Notes under the pieces: model-generated
Told to the model about the DNA's origin: nothing
What the model saw: only the letters and a program-made list of their open reading frames with translations
The model's database searches: none
Made by a program: the position numbers and the translations under genes
Source: a virus
Strand: one strand, 5' to 3'
Virus record (IMG/VR): IMGVR_UViG_3300038415_000126
Location: 34,514 to 98,513 of that record
Length of the DNA: 64,000 nucleotides
Shown here: one piece after another, positions 33,129 to 44,197 of the stretch
Layout: each line of letters starts with the position of its first letter
Position numbering within the stretch: position 1 is the stretch's first letter

Positions 33129-33928
33129 TCATCCGAGGTTAGCCTTGTGGGCTAGGGCGGCAATTTTGAGGAGGGCTTTGGATTTGATTTGGCTGACGAA
33201 GGGTTGGGAGACGCCCCAAGCGAGGGCGAGGTCGCCGAGGGATTGACCGGAGGCGAGGGCTTCGATGACTTGGCGTTCTCGGTCGGTGAAGGGGATAGAG
33301 TCGACCTGCAGGAGGATGTTTTTGAGGTGGAGGAGGTGTTCTGGGGTAGGGTTGGGGGATTCGAGGGTGACGGAGTCAACGTCGTTGAAGGTTGGTTTTT
33401 TTTGTGGAGCTGACCATTCGGCGGGGGATAGGTGATTCTACACGGATCTCGTCCCAGATTTGGCCACGGATACGGACACGGGCATAGAATTGGAAGGAGG
33501 GTTCATCGCCGGTGAAGCGCCTACAGGCGTCCCACAGGCCGATAGATCCGAAGTGGATGAGTGTTTTGAGGTCGTAGACGTGGTGGACTTTTTTGAAGGT
33601 TTTGGAGGCTTCGGAGGTGACGAGTGGGAAGTTATCTCGGAAGAGTTCTTGGATTTTGGTTTGGGGGGTAGAGGGGATGAAGCTAGGTGGGGTGGGGTGG
33701 GGTGGTGATGGGTCGGATGGGGAAGGGACCGGCGGTGATGGGTCGGCCTTTACGGCGGGCGTGGGATAGGCGCATGGCTTCGGAGCGGGACAGCACTCCT
33801 GGGCCTGTATGGGAGAGGATGGTGTCTCGGTGGAGGCCGGTGAGTTTGGAGATCTGGCGTAGGCTGAAGCCTTGGGATCGGAGGCGGGCGGCTTCTTTGA
33901 GGCGTGAGGGTTTGGCGTAGTTGGCCAC
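33129..33928 (-). pseudogene. HTH-fused sigma28/FliA-like sigma factor with two frameshifts
   Basis: Region 2 LIHFGSIGLWDACRRF...FQFYARVRIRGQIWDEIR; region 4 FTDRERQVI...SLGDLALAWGVSQPFVSQIKSKAL; breaks at (GGTGG)4 33686-33705 and T8 33396-33403. Confidence 0.8.
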
Positions 33929-35288
33929 GGGTTGTCTACTAGTGGCTCTACGAGAGGAGGAATACTCTTGGTGTAACCCTACAGGCGATGAAGGACTTGA
34001 TGGGGCAGACGATTCGAGTGGGGGACAAGGTAGCGTACTCGGTGACATCGTTTGCTGGGTATTTGGGGATAGGGGTAGTGGTGGAAGTGGTACCGGAGAA
34101 GAAAGATGCCTCCAAGCCTGCCGGCGTAGTCCCGTCGAAGTTGAAGGTTGAAGTTACGGCCTCATCGAAGTATGTGGGGGCAAAGCGGGGGAAGGTGATT
34201 ACTCTGGGGAACGATGCGACTCGGGCTCATCATCCCAAGGGACGATTGGACACGGTCTTCGTGTATGAGAGGGCGTACATTCGGTGTAGAAGCTAGTTAT
34301 GGTTACAATACACACATCGAAGAAGCTGAACACAGGCATAACCCTTGAGATCCCCAAGAAGTTTCTTGAGAATCTCTCAGCTGATGGTGTTCAAATGGTG
34401 TTGATTCCATGCAAGCTAGACTCTGGTGAGGCCGGATATGTGTTGAAGGTGGTGGGTGGCTCAATCGATCTTTACAGCGAGGGTGTTCAAAAGGTATTCA
34501 CGATGTGGGTAGGTGCTATGCGCGAAGTGGCCATCGAAGTTTTGACCCCCAAGATGATAGACAAGTTCTTCAATCTATTCGCAATCAAGATGAAGGGTTG
34601 GGAGAAGAAGGCCCAGCGCAAGTTGAAGAGCACTCAATCGAAGGGGTAGATTCTTCATGTACGAGGAAGCTAGCGCCACGGAGGTGGACTAGGGCGACCC
34701 GGGCTAGGGTGAGGATGTCGAGGAGCATGCCTGAGCTGCCATCTGAGCCGAAGATCAATTCGCAGATTTCCTCGGCGTGGGTTCCACCATGGTAGCCAAT
34801 CTCATCTGAGGCCATTTGGATGAGCCTGTCGATGGCTTCTAGGGTGACTTGACGGGGTTGGAAGACAGTCTGCTCGTCCATCTTTCGTTGAAGCCAGTCG
34901 ACGACCTTAGTGTCTAGTCCCTTCTTGATGGCCAGCTCAAGGAGTTGGTCTAGGAGAACTTTGGCTGGTGAGTTTGGCATATTCTACTGCTTGTCGTTAA
35001 GGGCTTCGTGGTTGGCAATCCCCAAAGCCGTAGCCGATATCGACTTCAACTCACAGACTCGAACCGAGGGCTTGGAATTCTCCCAGGTTGAAACCAAGGA
35101 TCTTGCCATGCGGAGTAGGTTGTGAGCGAAGTGCTCGGAAGCAGTCTGGGGTATTGGGTCCATCTCTGGGGTGGGTAATTTTTGACTAAGCCAATCAGCG
35201 GCATCATAGAGTCCGTTCTTGTTGGCCAGTTTGACTAGATCCAACAACTGGTCGGTGACGCTTGCTTGGGAGTTCATTGGGGTTCCAC

Positions 35289-35678
35289 CTACAGGGCGTT
35301 GAAGAATCCTGTTAGGAGGTTGGTGAGTTCGACCTTCTTGTCCAAGGGGAGGGTACCTGAGGTGGCCATGGCGCGGGCGATGGCTTCTTGGAGGTCGGAG
35401 TTGGCTCTCTTGATTTTGGCCGTTTGTTCTACTTCAGCTCGAAGGGCATCGGTCGCGGGAAGGTACCAGGCGGAGTAGAAGTCTCCGTGGCCGAGCATCT
35501 TATTGGTAACCCGGCTCATTCTCTCGTTATCGGAGAAGGTGATTTGGGTTTTGGTGACCTTGGTGACTTCGACTTCTCTGGCCTTGTTGTAGCGGTCCAT
35601 GCGGAACCACTTGTCACCCGGCTTGACGTCCAGCATGGCTTGTTTCTCTTGCTCTCGGATTTCGTCCATAGTTGGCAT
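35289..35678 (-). CDS. SH3-like beta-barrel phage protein, paralog of 44200-44466
   Basis: GDK...EV..VT.T.I......SR.T.K..G.....Y.PAT shared. Confidence 0.65.
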   Translation of the reverse strand: MPTMDEIREQEKQAMLDVKPGDKWFRMDRYNKAREVEVTKVTKTQITFSDNERMSRVTNKMLGHGDFYSAWYLPATDALRAEVEQTAKIKRANSDLQEAIARAMATSGTLPLDKKVELTNLLTGFFNAL

Positions 35679-35913
35679 GATGGGGTTCCTTTTAGATGCG
35701 ACCTAGGGCTTTGAAGAGTATGATGGCTCGTTCCTGGATGGTTTTCCGGAGGGCTTCGATACGGCCTTGGTCGTGAACGAAGTCCATGTGGTTGAGGAGC
35801 TCATCAGGATTCCCCTCTGATTCCAATGCATTAGCGGCGGCCGTCAGCTGGGTTGCCAGGGTTCTAGCATTCTTGATGACCTCTTCTCTTGTGAGTTTCT
35901 TTGCCATACTTGG

Positions 35914-35943
35914 TATTACGCCTGAGGGGGATCAGATCTCAAC
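35914..35943 (-). promoter_or_regulatory. Class I promoter-like motif (left of divergent pair)
   Basis: GTTGAG-N15-GGCGTAATA; ATG 35907 lies 6 nt downstream. Confidence 0.78.
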
Positions 35944-35950
35944 TTAATTG

Positions 35951-35980
35951 GTTGAGTTTCTGATAGGCTGGCGCGTAATA
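35951..35980 (+). promoter_or_regulatory. Class I promoter-like motif (right of divergent pair)
   Basis: ATG 35987 lies 6 nt downstream. Confidence 0.8.
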
Positions 35981-36472
35981 GTAGGCATGGCAAGCAAGAG
36001 TATCAAGTTGGGTCAACGTGTCCAGATCAACAAGATAATCTGGTCGAATGGGCCTGGTTTGGAGCCAACGAAGTGCTGGAGTGGTGGTTATACTCTTGAG
36101 GGGATCGTTGATGGGTTAGCTGTTGTGAAGGCCGAGACTGGGTTATTCGCCGGCTGCTTGGTAAACTACGATATATCTGATGTAAGGGAGGGGTTTTAGG
36201 CATGGCAAGGATAACTCCTTTCTCGGTTGGGCGGCGCTGGTATTGTGACAATTCGACCACGGGTCGTCCGAACTTCACGTTCGTTATCATTGGTCCAGGG
36301 TCTAAGCCTGATGAGAAGCGATGCCGGTTAGAGTATGACGACCCGAGCCGTCTCTCTCACAACCACGAGACCTTCTACTCGCACAAGCACCTCAAGAAGT
36401 ACGCGAAACTTCAGGGGTAACCCGGCCAGACACCTTAGTATTTCTTAGATTAAACACCTCAAACAACAGGGA

Positions 36473-37333
36473 ATGAAACAGATGCTATCTAAGTTCGTGA
36501 TGTTTTTCGTATTATTCATATTTTCATGTTCATCCGTACCCGGGAGTGATGGTTCATCGTCGGAGGGGAGTGTGGGCAAGGTCAAGGCGAACATACAATT
36601 GGCGCCGGGCGTAAGCATTACCCAGGTTTCCTACACGATATCTTGCACACCTACGCCGGTACCGAGTCCAATTGCTACGGGGACTTGGCAGGTACTTACG
36701 GATGTCAATGGGGTACCGAAGGTAGACGGGTCCATTGGTGGGATTGATCTGGGTGATACGTGCACCCTCGTACTTTCGGCGCAAGATTCCTGGGGTCTAG
36801 CTCATGGCAACATCCAGAATTGCAGGGGCGAAGCTGATGGTTTGCCGGTGGATGGTACTGCGATTCAGATGAATCTGGTGTGTACGGACAACAGCGTAGC
36901 GGGACCCAACTCGGGCAATGTTACGGCTGACATCACTGTTCTGCAGGGGGCTCCTTATCAGTGCAGTGGAATTGCGTGGTATCAAAGTGATGAGTACATG
37001 TCCCCTGTCCAGTATGTAGGCAATGCCTTCAATCTGAACATGGCCGTCACGGTACCGACTTCACCTCAGACGGTCACGTGGACTAGCAATGATGGTGCGG
37101 CTTACTGGTACCAAGGGACCACGTATGCCAACGTCTTTACGCTGACTGGGAATCCAGCAACGGATCCGGCTACCTCTATCACTGGTGGGGCAGCTCAGGT
37201 GATGTATTGCTACACTCACGGGGTTTTCACTATTACGTTGACCGTGCAAGATCTGACGTCTGGGTTGTTGATCAATGGGCAGCCTGGGCTATGTCCGGCC
37301 TACTCAAACACGTTCCAGGCTATCTGTAACTAG
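36473..37333 (+). CDS. Secreted lipoprotein-like Cys-rich beta protein resembling Polyangiales proteins
   Basis: Signal peptide ending FSC; GSVGKV...QLAPGVSITQVSYTI; paired Cys. Confidence 0.65.
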   Translation: MKQMLSKFVMFFVLFIFSCSSVPGSDGSSSEGSVGKVKANIQLAPGVSITQVSYTISCTPTPVPSPIATGTWQVLTDVNGVPKVDGSIGGIDLGDTCTLVLSAQDSWGLAHGNIQNCRGEADGLPVDGTAIQMNLVCTDNSVAGPNSGNVTADITVLQGAPYQCSGIAWYQSDEYMSPVQYVGNAFNLNMAVTVPTSPQTVTWTSNDGAAYWYQGTTYANVFTLTGNPATDPATSITGGAAQVMYCYTHGVFTITLTVQDLTSGLLINGQPGLCPAYSNTFQAICN

Positions 37334-38347
37334 TATTTCAGGGTGTTTCCCAACCATGCTCCATGAACCCATGGAGCATGGTTGGGAGGCGGTAAACTGC
37401 GGGGAGAATACCAAGTGAACTACAAGGTACGACGTTGGCATAGGGAGGGTTCGAAGCACAAGCAGGTGGATCAGGTAGTTGAAGCACCGACCCCTGAGGA
37501 TGCAGCCAGGAGTGTAGCTTGGGAGAATGGGGACACGGTGACGCGGGTGTGGGGTCCTTATCTAGGGCTAACGCCACCGGTATTGTTCCTGGTGGGTTGC
37601 AACTCGACTGATGGAAAAGACAATGCCTCTATAGAGGTTTACGAAGAGGAACCACAATGAGCTTGAATCCAACAACAGATCATGGGCAACCGTTTACGGG
37701 GGACCAGAGGGTCATTTTGGAGAAGCGGACTGAGGGAGGGATCCTAGATTTATCGGACCCGCAGCCTCCGCTCAAGGTACGGGGTCGGGATTTGACCCTT
37801 GATGATGTGTATGCTCTCTACTTCAGGGAGCATGCGGAAGCGGGTAGTTGTTCTTGGGGTACGCTTCGGGCGTGGCTCGACTCAAAGAGTTGGGTAGTAC
37901 GGGCGAAGACCTGGTGATTGATATGGCTCGACCAAGTAAAAAACCTGAAGTTCACGAGCTCAATCGGCGCTTGTTCATCAAGTGGTCCCAGGGCATCTTG
38001 TTGGAGAGGGACAAGGATTGCAAGTGCATCGTCCTAGACGGATCGGACTTTGCCAAGCGTTGTGAGGCGGCTACTGAGGCTTTAGAGCGAGGGGCCATCC
38101 TCTACCTGACGGACAACCATGGGAAGCGCATCACGCGGATCACCTCTGATGGTAAGGGGTATGAAGAGGACCTTGTCGAATGAAGAAGTACCGTAAGCTA
38201 TCTGCGAGGGACATTCTACGGTGGGGTGATGAGTACCGGACTCGGGTAGGTGTCTGGATAGAGGTTCATGGTGCGGCGACGGGGTCACTTCATACGGTGG
38301 GTTTGCACCCCTATCCAGGGTTTGAGTATCGGCGTCCAGTAAAATCA

Positions 38348-38376
38348 GTTGAGATCCGTCGAGCTGGCGCGTAATA
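38348..38376 (+). promoter_or_regulatory. Class I promoter-like motif
   Basis: ATG 38382 lies 5 nt downstream. Confidence 0.8.
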
Positions 38377-39024
38377 CTAGTATGATTACTAAGAAGTTGA
38401 CAACGGCTCAAGCACGGACCCTTCAAAACATCATCAAGTTGACTGATGCTGGTTTTCGAAAGTGGTCTTGTGTGACTAACTACAAGCCGGCGATGGCGCT
38501 TCTTGCGCTCGGGTATGTGAAGAGGGTTGGCGATTTAGCTAGCGAGTACCGTATGACCCTAGAGCCTACGGCGGAGGGGCGAGCTGCGGCCGCTGGTTGA
38601 CATGGGCAAGATAGGTGTTGGGGACGGTGTGGTCTATCGGGACAAGGATCTCCGGAAGGAATACGGTGTTTTCACTGTACTTCCCTGTGTTTGCCCCTCG
38701 TGTCGGGACGGGAATACCCTCTTGGTAGATCTGCCCAGCCTGTTTAATGAATATTCGAACCGACATGTTGGTTACGAGATGGTGGAGAAAGCATGACCAA
38801 GGAATCCAACTACCTGGAAGTGAAGAAAGCGGCTCAAGCGCTGGCTGACGAAACTGGGTTTGATGTGGGGATTGAGTTGAACCCGGACTTCATGTACTAC
38901 CGGTCGTTCTTACTTCCTCGCAAGGAGCATCGATGCGGGTTCGAGCTTTACTGCGAAGTGGTTCATTGCACAGATCTTACCAAGTGTCAGGTAGGTCACG
39001 GGCCTTGATTTCTCTCACGATCTA

Positions 39025-39053
39025 GTTGAGTTCAGTCCTTCTCGCGCGTAATA
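39025..39053 (+). promoter_or_regulatory. Class I promoter-like motif
   Basis: ATG 39060 lies 6 nt downstream. Confidence 0.8.
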
Positions 39054-39059
39054 GAAGAC

Positions 39060-39458
39060 ATGACAACCAAAACACGCAAGTCAGACGAGTTCGAGTGGGA
39101 TAGTCGGTACGAGGTATTCGAGTACGTAAACCATGCGTTTGATGTGACGAAGGCCAAGGAATTGATTCGTCAGAAGCCGCGCAAGGTGGGTGTGATGAAC
39201 ATCTCGGGGCTGGTGGGTATCATTGGGAGTCCTCCCGTTGAGGGTGGTCCTATGCATCTTCGTGTTGTCACTATCGACTGGAACAAGGCTCAGTCGGACG
39301 CGGTAGATCTTGAGATACCTTGTATTTTGGTTCCCTGGCGGGACAGTGCGCTTCCTATTGATGGGTGGCATCGGTTGGCCAAGGCCAAGGTGACGGGCAA
39401 GACTGCGCTTCCCTATGTCATTCTGACCAAGAAGGAATTGAAGCAGATACAGTTGTAG
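39060..39458 (+). CDS. ParB/Srx-like N-terminal domain protein
   Basis: PCILV...IDGWHRLAKA motif. Confidence 0.75.
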   Translation: MTTKTRKSDEFEWDSRYEVFEYVNHAFDVTKAKELIRQKPRKVGVMNISGLVGIIGSPPVEGGPMHLRVVTIDWNKAQSDAVDLEIPCILVPWRDSALPIDGWHRLAKAKVTGKTALPYVILTKKELKQIQL

Positions 39459-39508
39459 GCCACGTGTAACCTGGCTTCAGAGAAAAGTACGGGCTGACCT
39501 AAGTTTTA

Positions 39509-39537
39509 GTTGAGTTCCGTCGAGCTGGCGCGTAATA
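39509..39537 (+). promoter_or_regulatory. Class I promoter-like motif
   Basis: ATG 39544 lies 6 nt downstream. Confidence 0.8.
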
Positions 39538-39543
39538 CAGGAC

Positions 39544-40053
39544 ATGATCAGGGTCCTCTTGCCGGTAATAGTAGCACTCCTAGTGCTCGACGTTGTGTTT
39601 AGCGTGGAAGCTGCATCGCTTCCGGCCCCACCCAAAAGCATTTGCAGTCAGCTGCAGAGAAAGGGGATTGTGAAGGATTGTCAAGAGGGGACTCCGTGGG
39701 CCTTCGAGGTGGTGAGGCATGGGTCTCAATGGAAGTTTCACACTACCAATCCTGAGCTCTTTGGGTGCTACCGCATATCTGGGGTTGGTCTGTTTGAGGG
39801 GTGTCACTTTGAGGGCGCAATCACTCAGTTTGCGAGCGTGAAAGACCTCAACGATGCGATTACTCAGATCATCAATGCGCATCACTATGAGAATCTCTAT
39901 CCGCAAGCTGACATAGTAGCGGCTGATACAACTTTAGAGCATCACACGGTCTATGCATTTTCAGAGCATCGGATGCTCATCATGATGCCGAGGACAGAGA
40001 ACTCGATAGCTGTTGAAAGAGAAGTTGAGGGGTTGTTGGGGCCAAGCGATTGA
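39544..40053 (+). CDS. Secreted or periplasmic hypothetical protein
   Basis: N-terminal signal peptide ending VEA. Confidence 0.65.
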   Translation: MIRVLLPVIVALLVLDVVFSVEAASLPAPPKSICSQLQRKGIVKDCQEGTPWAFEVVRHGSQWKFHTTNPELFGCYRISGVGLFEGCHFEGAITQFASVKDLNDAITQIINAHHYENLYPQADIVAADTTLEHHTVYAFSEHRMLIMMPRTENSIAVEREVEGLLGPSD

Positions 40054-40114
40054 GGGTTGTAGTGGGTTAGGGTAATTGACTTATAGAGGCGTACCAGGGT
40101 GTAGGGACTCTGGT

Positions 40115-41128
40115 ATGCCCCGTAAGTTCTTGTACACACTCCATGCGCTGGTTGAGAATTACTCTTCGAATCAAGTAACCCACTTGATGTCTTCGAGTGG
40201 TTTTGATTGGACCGTTGTTGGGAACATCACAGCTGGCCCATCGTCCAACAACCTATCTGCTCTCGCTTCCAACCTTCAGGGGTCTCGGGTACTGTACGCC
40301 AACTACAGTGGTGGTGGGGTTGTTCCACTAGACTATAATGGGTCTACTTGGGTACCGGGAACACTCGTCCCACAGGGAGGGGGAAATTGCGCAGCTGTAG
40401 CGATGTCTGATGACGGGCTCCATGCACTATCAGGGGGAGACTACTCCTCGGGCGTTACTCCCTATAACTTCAATACGGGGACTGGTCTTTGGGAAGCAAG
40501 TTCTGTAGTTAGTATCCCATCAGCACACTTCAATTCAGTGAGCATGACTCGGGATGGGTCTAGAGCGATCACTGTCCCTAAGTGGGACCCCTTTGTTTTT
40601 CCACTAGCCAGGGATCCGGGTACAGGGGATTGGACTGTAGGAAGTGGTATTGGTCTTACTGGGTCCACTGAGAAGTTCTTTTGTAGTGGTATATCCCCTT
40701 CTGGTGATGCAGCAATCGTGGGTAGCTGTTACAACCCATTGGAATCAACAGCGCTTACTTGGAACGGAACTACCTGGGATCATGTTACAATTCCAGTCGT
40801 TCTGAGGAGTGCTTGTTGGCGTCCAGATGGGCTGTCTGCAATCGGTGGGGGTGGTGAGAACGAAGCTGGAGTCATTTGCACAGTCAACTTTGATCCAATT
40901 ACTAAGGCTTTCACTTTGGGTCAAACGCTAACAGGTTTCAACACTATTGTATCGGTTACGGTAGCCAATGATGGGATTGGAGATACTGCATTAGCGGCAG
41001 ACTTCTATGCAAATACAGTGATCCCGCTCACCTATTCACGAATGACAGGGCTTTGGACTGCTGGCTCCCCCATCGTAAGTGGGTTGTTCTCCAACCCATG
41101 GAATATGTTGGTATTCCCGATCTGGTAG
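40115..41128 (+). CDS. Beta-propeller repeat protein
   Basis: ~45-aa repeats with S.DG..A...V.P......G.W; GGTGTA motif upstream. Confidence 0.7.
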   Translation: MPRKFLYTLHALVENYSSNQVTHLMSSSGFDWTVVGNITAGPSSNNLSALASNLQGSRVLYANYSGGGVVPLDYNGSTWVPGTLVPQGGGNCAAVAMSDDGLHALSGGDYSSGVTPYNFNTGTGLWEASSVVSIPSAHFNSVSMTRDGSRAITVPKWDPFVFPLARDPGTGDWTVGSGIGLTGSTEKFFCSGISPSGDAAIVGSCYNPLESTALTWNGTTWDHVTIPVVLRSACWRPDGLSAIGGGGENEAGVICTVNFDPITKAFTLGQTLTGFNTIVSVTVANDGIGDTALAADFYANTVIPLTYSRMTGLWTAGSPIVSGLFSNPWNMLVFPIW

Positions 41129-41131
41129 AAC

Positions 41132-41553
41132 TTAGATCCCGACCATCTCTTTCCACCGGTTCACGATCATCTCTGTGAAAGGGATGCTTGGGGTTCCGTA
41201 GGCTCCTAGCGCCCAGGCGTCATTGACTTCGACGAGGGGGTCTGACCATCGTCGGTGACCCCAAGGTCGAGTGAGTACCCGACGGGGGCTTGGGTGAAGC
41301 GCTGGGTGGCTTGGGTGGCCACATCCATGTTGGGGAAGACGGAGCAGTCGCCCTTGTAGTGACGGCAGGCGAAGACTAACCCCTGATGGACGAGGACGCG
41401 GTATTCGGAGACGAAGTTGACGACTTGGGATTCCCAGATCTGGGTATCGTCTTCGAAGGTGTTCAGGCGGATCAGGTCCTCGATAGTATTAGAGTCGAGG
41501 GGCAAGCCTGTTTCGAGGTTGGCTTGAATGAAGGCTTTTTCTATGCCGAGCAT
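41132..41553 (-). pseudogene. ATP-grasp (DUF4343-like) fragment with frameshift
   Basis: FVSEYRV...HYKGD...YSLDLGVTDDGQT then LVEVNDAWALGAYG in another frame; break at G5 41236-41240. Confidence 0.75.
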
Positions 41554-41558
41554 CGGTT

Positions 41559-41939
41559 CTAGATCACTGGGTCCCGCCCATACCGACTACGCCTATTGGG
41601 CTCATCATCGGGATTCGTTTGGAAGTCGAGTTTGTCCAGAGACTCAAACTCGGCAAGTGTGTAGGATAATTCTAGGATCATGTCCTTGTTTGCCCGGATG
41701 GGCCTCAGCTCGTTAGTCCGGAAGGGCTCCTTGCGCCGGTAACCTTGATAGAATGCCACTCCGTTGAAGAAAAGCTCATCCGCAAACCCAATTCTGATCA
41801 ACGAGGGTTTCCCAACTACGACTTCGATAGCAACCCGGTTACTCACTTCTTTCCCAAAGTCCGTCAGGCTCAAGTACATGGTCTTTGGTTCGGTCTCCCC
41901 AACCGGTATGCAACCGATCACCCTGATTACCTTCGGCAT
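41559..41939 (-). CDS. Hypothetical protein with tag NRRSRYGRDPVI
   Basis: ORF end; GGTGTA 10 nt upstream of ATG 41939. Confidence 0.75.
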   Translation of the reverse strand: MPKVIRVIGCIPVGETEPKTMYLSLTDFGKEVSNRVAIEVVVGKPSLIRIGFADELFFNGVAFYQGYRRKEPFRTNELRPIRANKDMILELSYTLAEFESLDKLDFQTNPDDEPNRRSRYGRDPVI

Positions 41940-42502
41940 AGCACCCCTATACACCTAAACGGATAGTTAGTTGACACCTGGTTTATCCGTTCTCAACTCT
42001 TCTCAACTTGTCTGTGCTATAAACCATACGACCGGACAACTTCCAAAGTATGGTCATGGTGACTTTGGAGGTTAGGTGCAAAAACTAAGTCGCTCAACCC
42101 TTCTGTGCTCGATTGTGCTCTCCTGTGCAGTGCTGTGTCACCGGTATCTAAACCGCTGTCGGCTCTGTCATGGTGACAGTTAGGTTTTGACCAAACAAGA
42201 TTTCGAAGTTCTTATTTTCATAGTTTACCGGATAGGTTTCGCGTAGTAATGCCACGCGTGGTTGGACCGGTTCATGAGGTCAGCCTCGGCTATGGCGGCC
42301 TCGTAGGGTTTGGGTTCTGAGCTGGTCCACCTGGGATCATGCATGTGACCCTTGGGCTCGCAGAAGACTCCGTAGAGGCCCTCGGGGGCAGGTCTGGTTT
42401 CTGGGTTACTTTTGGCTATCTGTTCGGTTTCCATGCTATGAACTTAACACCGGGTGGTTGAAAATGGTATCTCTTTTGATCTATTAGTATCAAGTATCAA
42501 GT

Positions 42503-43843
42503 ATGTCTGCTGATCTGATCCAGAGAGTAGCGTCAAGATTCATCGAAGCTTCCGCGCCTATCGTCGTGAAGGAGGTTGACGGGAGAATTGAAGTCTCTGG
42601 GCCTTACGACAAGATGAAGGACCTGATTCCATATCTACGTGGAAAGTTGGAGTATCGAGGCCAAGATCGTACTTGGTGGGTTCCGAAGGCGAAGATGACC
42701 CCAATGAAGATCAAGAATCTTCAGAAGAGGGTTGATGAGGTTAATGGGAAATTTGGACCAGACCCAGTGAAGGTAGAAGAGCCAGCGGATGCTAAGGCAA
42801 CTCGCATTGAGGAGGCCAAGAAGCTACTCAGCAAGGCGATCCACATGAGGGTTCCTGGACTTACCTTCATCAATATCGCGGGCGATGGGGCTCAGTTGAC
42901 TGGGGCGCTCACTGATTTGAGAGTGCTGATCAACATGTCTGGGGGAGACTATGGCCCAGAGTTCTCGAAGTTCTTCTCACAGAAAATCAAGCCAGTAGAG
43001 TTCGAGAAGCTCCTGGACGCGGTTGAAGATCAGGGTAGGCTTGTGGCCAAATCCCTTGCTGACCTGTCCAGCATCATTCCGCGCAACTTCCCAAACTTGC
43101 AGATTAACGTGGGGACCAACAACGGGAGCTACCTATTCGTAGTAGCTGGAAAGACCTACGACTTCAAGGATGAGATCAAGAAGCTAGTACCGGTGACCTT
43201 CAATGGCCAAGGGAGTTTCTGGTGGGCTCCGGTCCACCAGGTCAAGGAGGCTCAAGTCAAGAAGTTGATTGAGTACCTTGAGGGTGAAGAGCGGGCGCGA
43301 GCTGAGAAGTGGAAGGCTGAAAAGGTAGAGCGGACACCGACACAGAAGGCGAAGAGGCCTAATCGTAGAGGGGATAATTGCTTAACCTGCGGAGCATGGG
43401 TAGGGGCTGGTGAGGGTTATCTTGTAGACCATTGGGACAATGATGAGGATGAGCTAGTCTACAAGGTGGTTCATTCTGATCCTAGTATATGCGCTGAGGT
43501 CAAGGAGAGGGCTAGAATACGTCACGAAGAGGCCAGGACAAAGCGTGAAGCTCAGAGCAACCTGTACAAGCTATGTGCAAAATCAGAGTACTATATGCAA
43601 GGTACAGGGCATCGACCACCAGGTGAGCAGATCTGGATTGACAAGACTGCTCTTGGGTATGGTGGTGGGACTTGGGTAGTCATCGAGCCAGGGGAGAACT
43701 ACTTCTGGTATGTCAAGAACAACGGGGCTGACGGTGACGATTGGTCCCACAACAATGTCGAGACGGGTGGTGCTGGGGCCATTGGGTATCGACTTCCGAT
43801 GACGAATGAAGCGCGCGTGCTCATTGACGTGGCCAAGGAATAG
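42503..43843 (+). CDS. Multidomain protein with N-terminal tag LIQRVASRF and HARP/DUF5710-like repeats
   Basis: Two G.Y..KD.I......WW.P units and a CxxC; TCTAT-N18-ATG. Confidence 0.7.
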   Translation: MSADLIQRVASRFIEASAPIVVKEVDGRIEVSGPYDKMKDLIPYLRGKLEYRGQDRTWWVPKAKMTPMKIKNLQKRVDEVNGKFGPDPVKVEEPADAKATRIEEAKKLLSKAIHMRVPGLTFINIAGDGAQLTGALTDLRVLINMSGGDYGPEFSKFFSQKIKPVEFEKLLDAVEDQGRLVAKSLADLSSIIPRNFPNLQINVGTNNGSYLFVVAGKTYDFKDEIKKLVPVTFNGQGSFWWAPVHQVKEAQVKKLIEYLEGEERARAEKWKAEKVERTPTQKAKRPNRRGDNCLTCGAWVGAGEGYLVDHWDNDEDELVYKVVHSDPSICAEVKERARIRHEEARTKREAQSNLYKLCAKSEYYMQGTGHRPPGEQIWIDKTALGYGGGTWVVIEPGENYFWYVKNNGADGDDWSHNNVETGGAGAIGYRLPMTNEARVLIDVAKE

Positions 43844-43990
43844 TAGAATCACTCATCCGATGGCCAGGCATCCCAGCTGAGGTCGGAGGTGTCTTCCACG
43901 GTACCTGGGATGGGTCCGAGGCCGAGTACACTTCGGATCGCGTTGATGAGATACATGTAGGATTTATCGTATTTGGCAGCCACGGTTTGA

Positions 43991-44197
43991 TTACACCGCG
44001 GGTTTATCGGGCGGGGTTGGGCATCCATTGGCGACGAAGTAGCGGAGGGCCATTCGGAGGACCTCGACCCCATTGGTCCCGGTGCTGATGCAGGCTTCTC
44101 GGAGTAGGTTGGTATCTCGAAGGTTCAGGCCAACGCTGACGTGAGTGGAAAGCCATTCCTCCTTGGGTCGGTTCTTGTACTCTTTTCCTCGGGGCAT
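43991..44197 (-). CDS. Small RHH-like regulator
   Basis: HVSVGL...LLREAC...EVLRMALRYF. Confidence 0.55.
   Translation of the reverse strand: MPRGKEYKNRPKEEWLSTHVSVGLNLRDTNLLREACISTGTNGVEVLRMALRYFVANGCPTPPDKPAV

Noticed and set aside
33189-33708. Plus-strand ORFs 33189-33413 and 33460-33708
   Set aside because: They are antisense shadows of the frameshifted sigma gene
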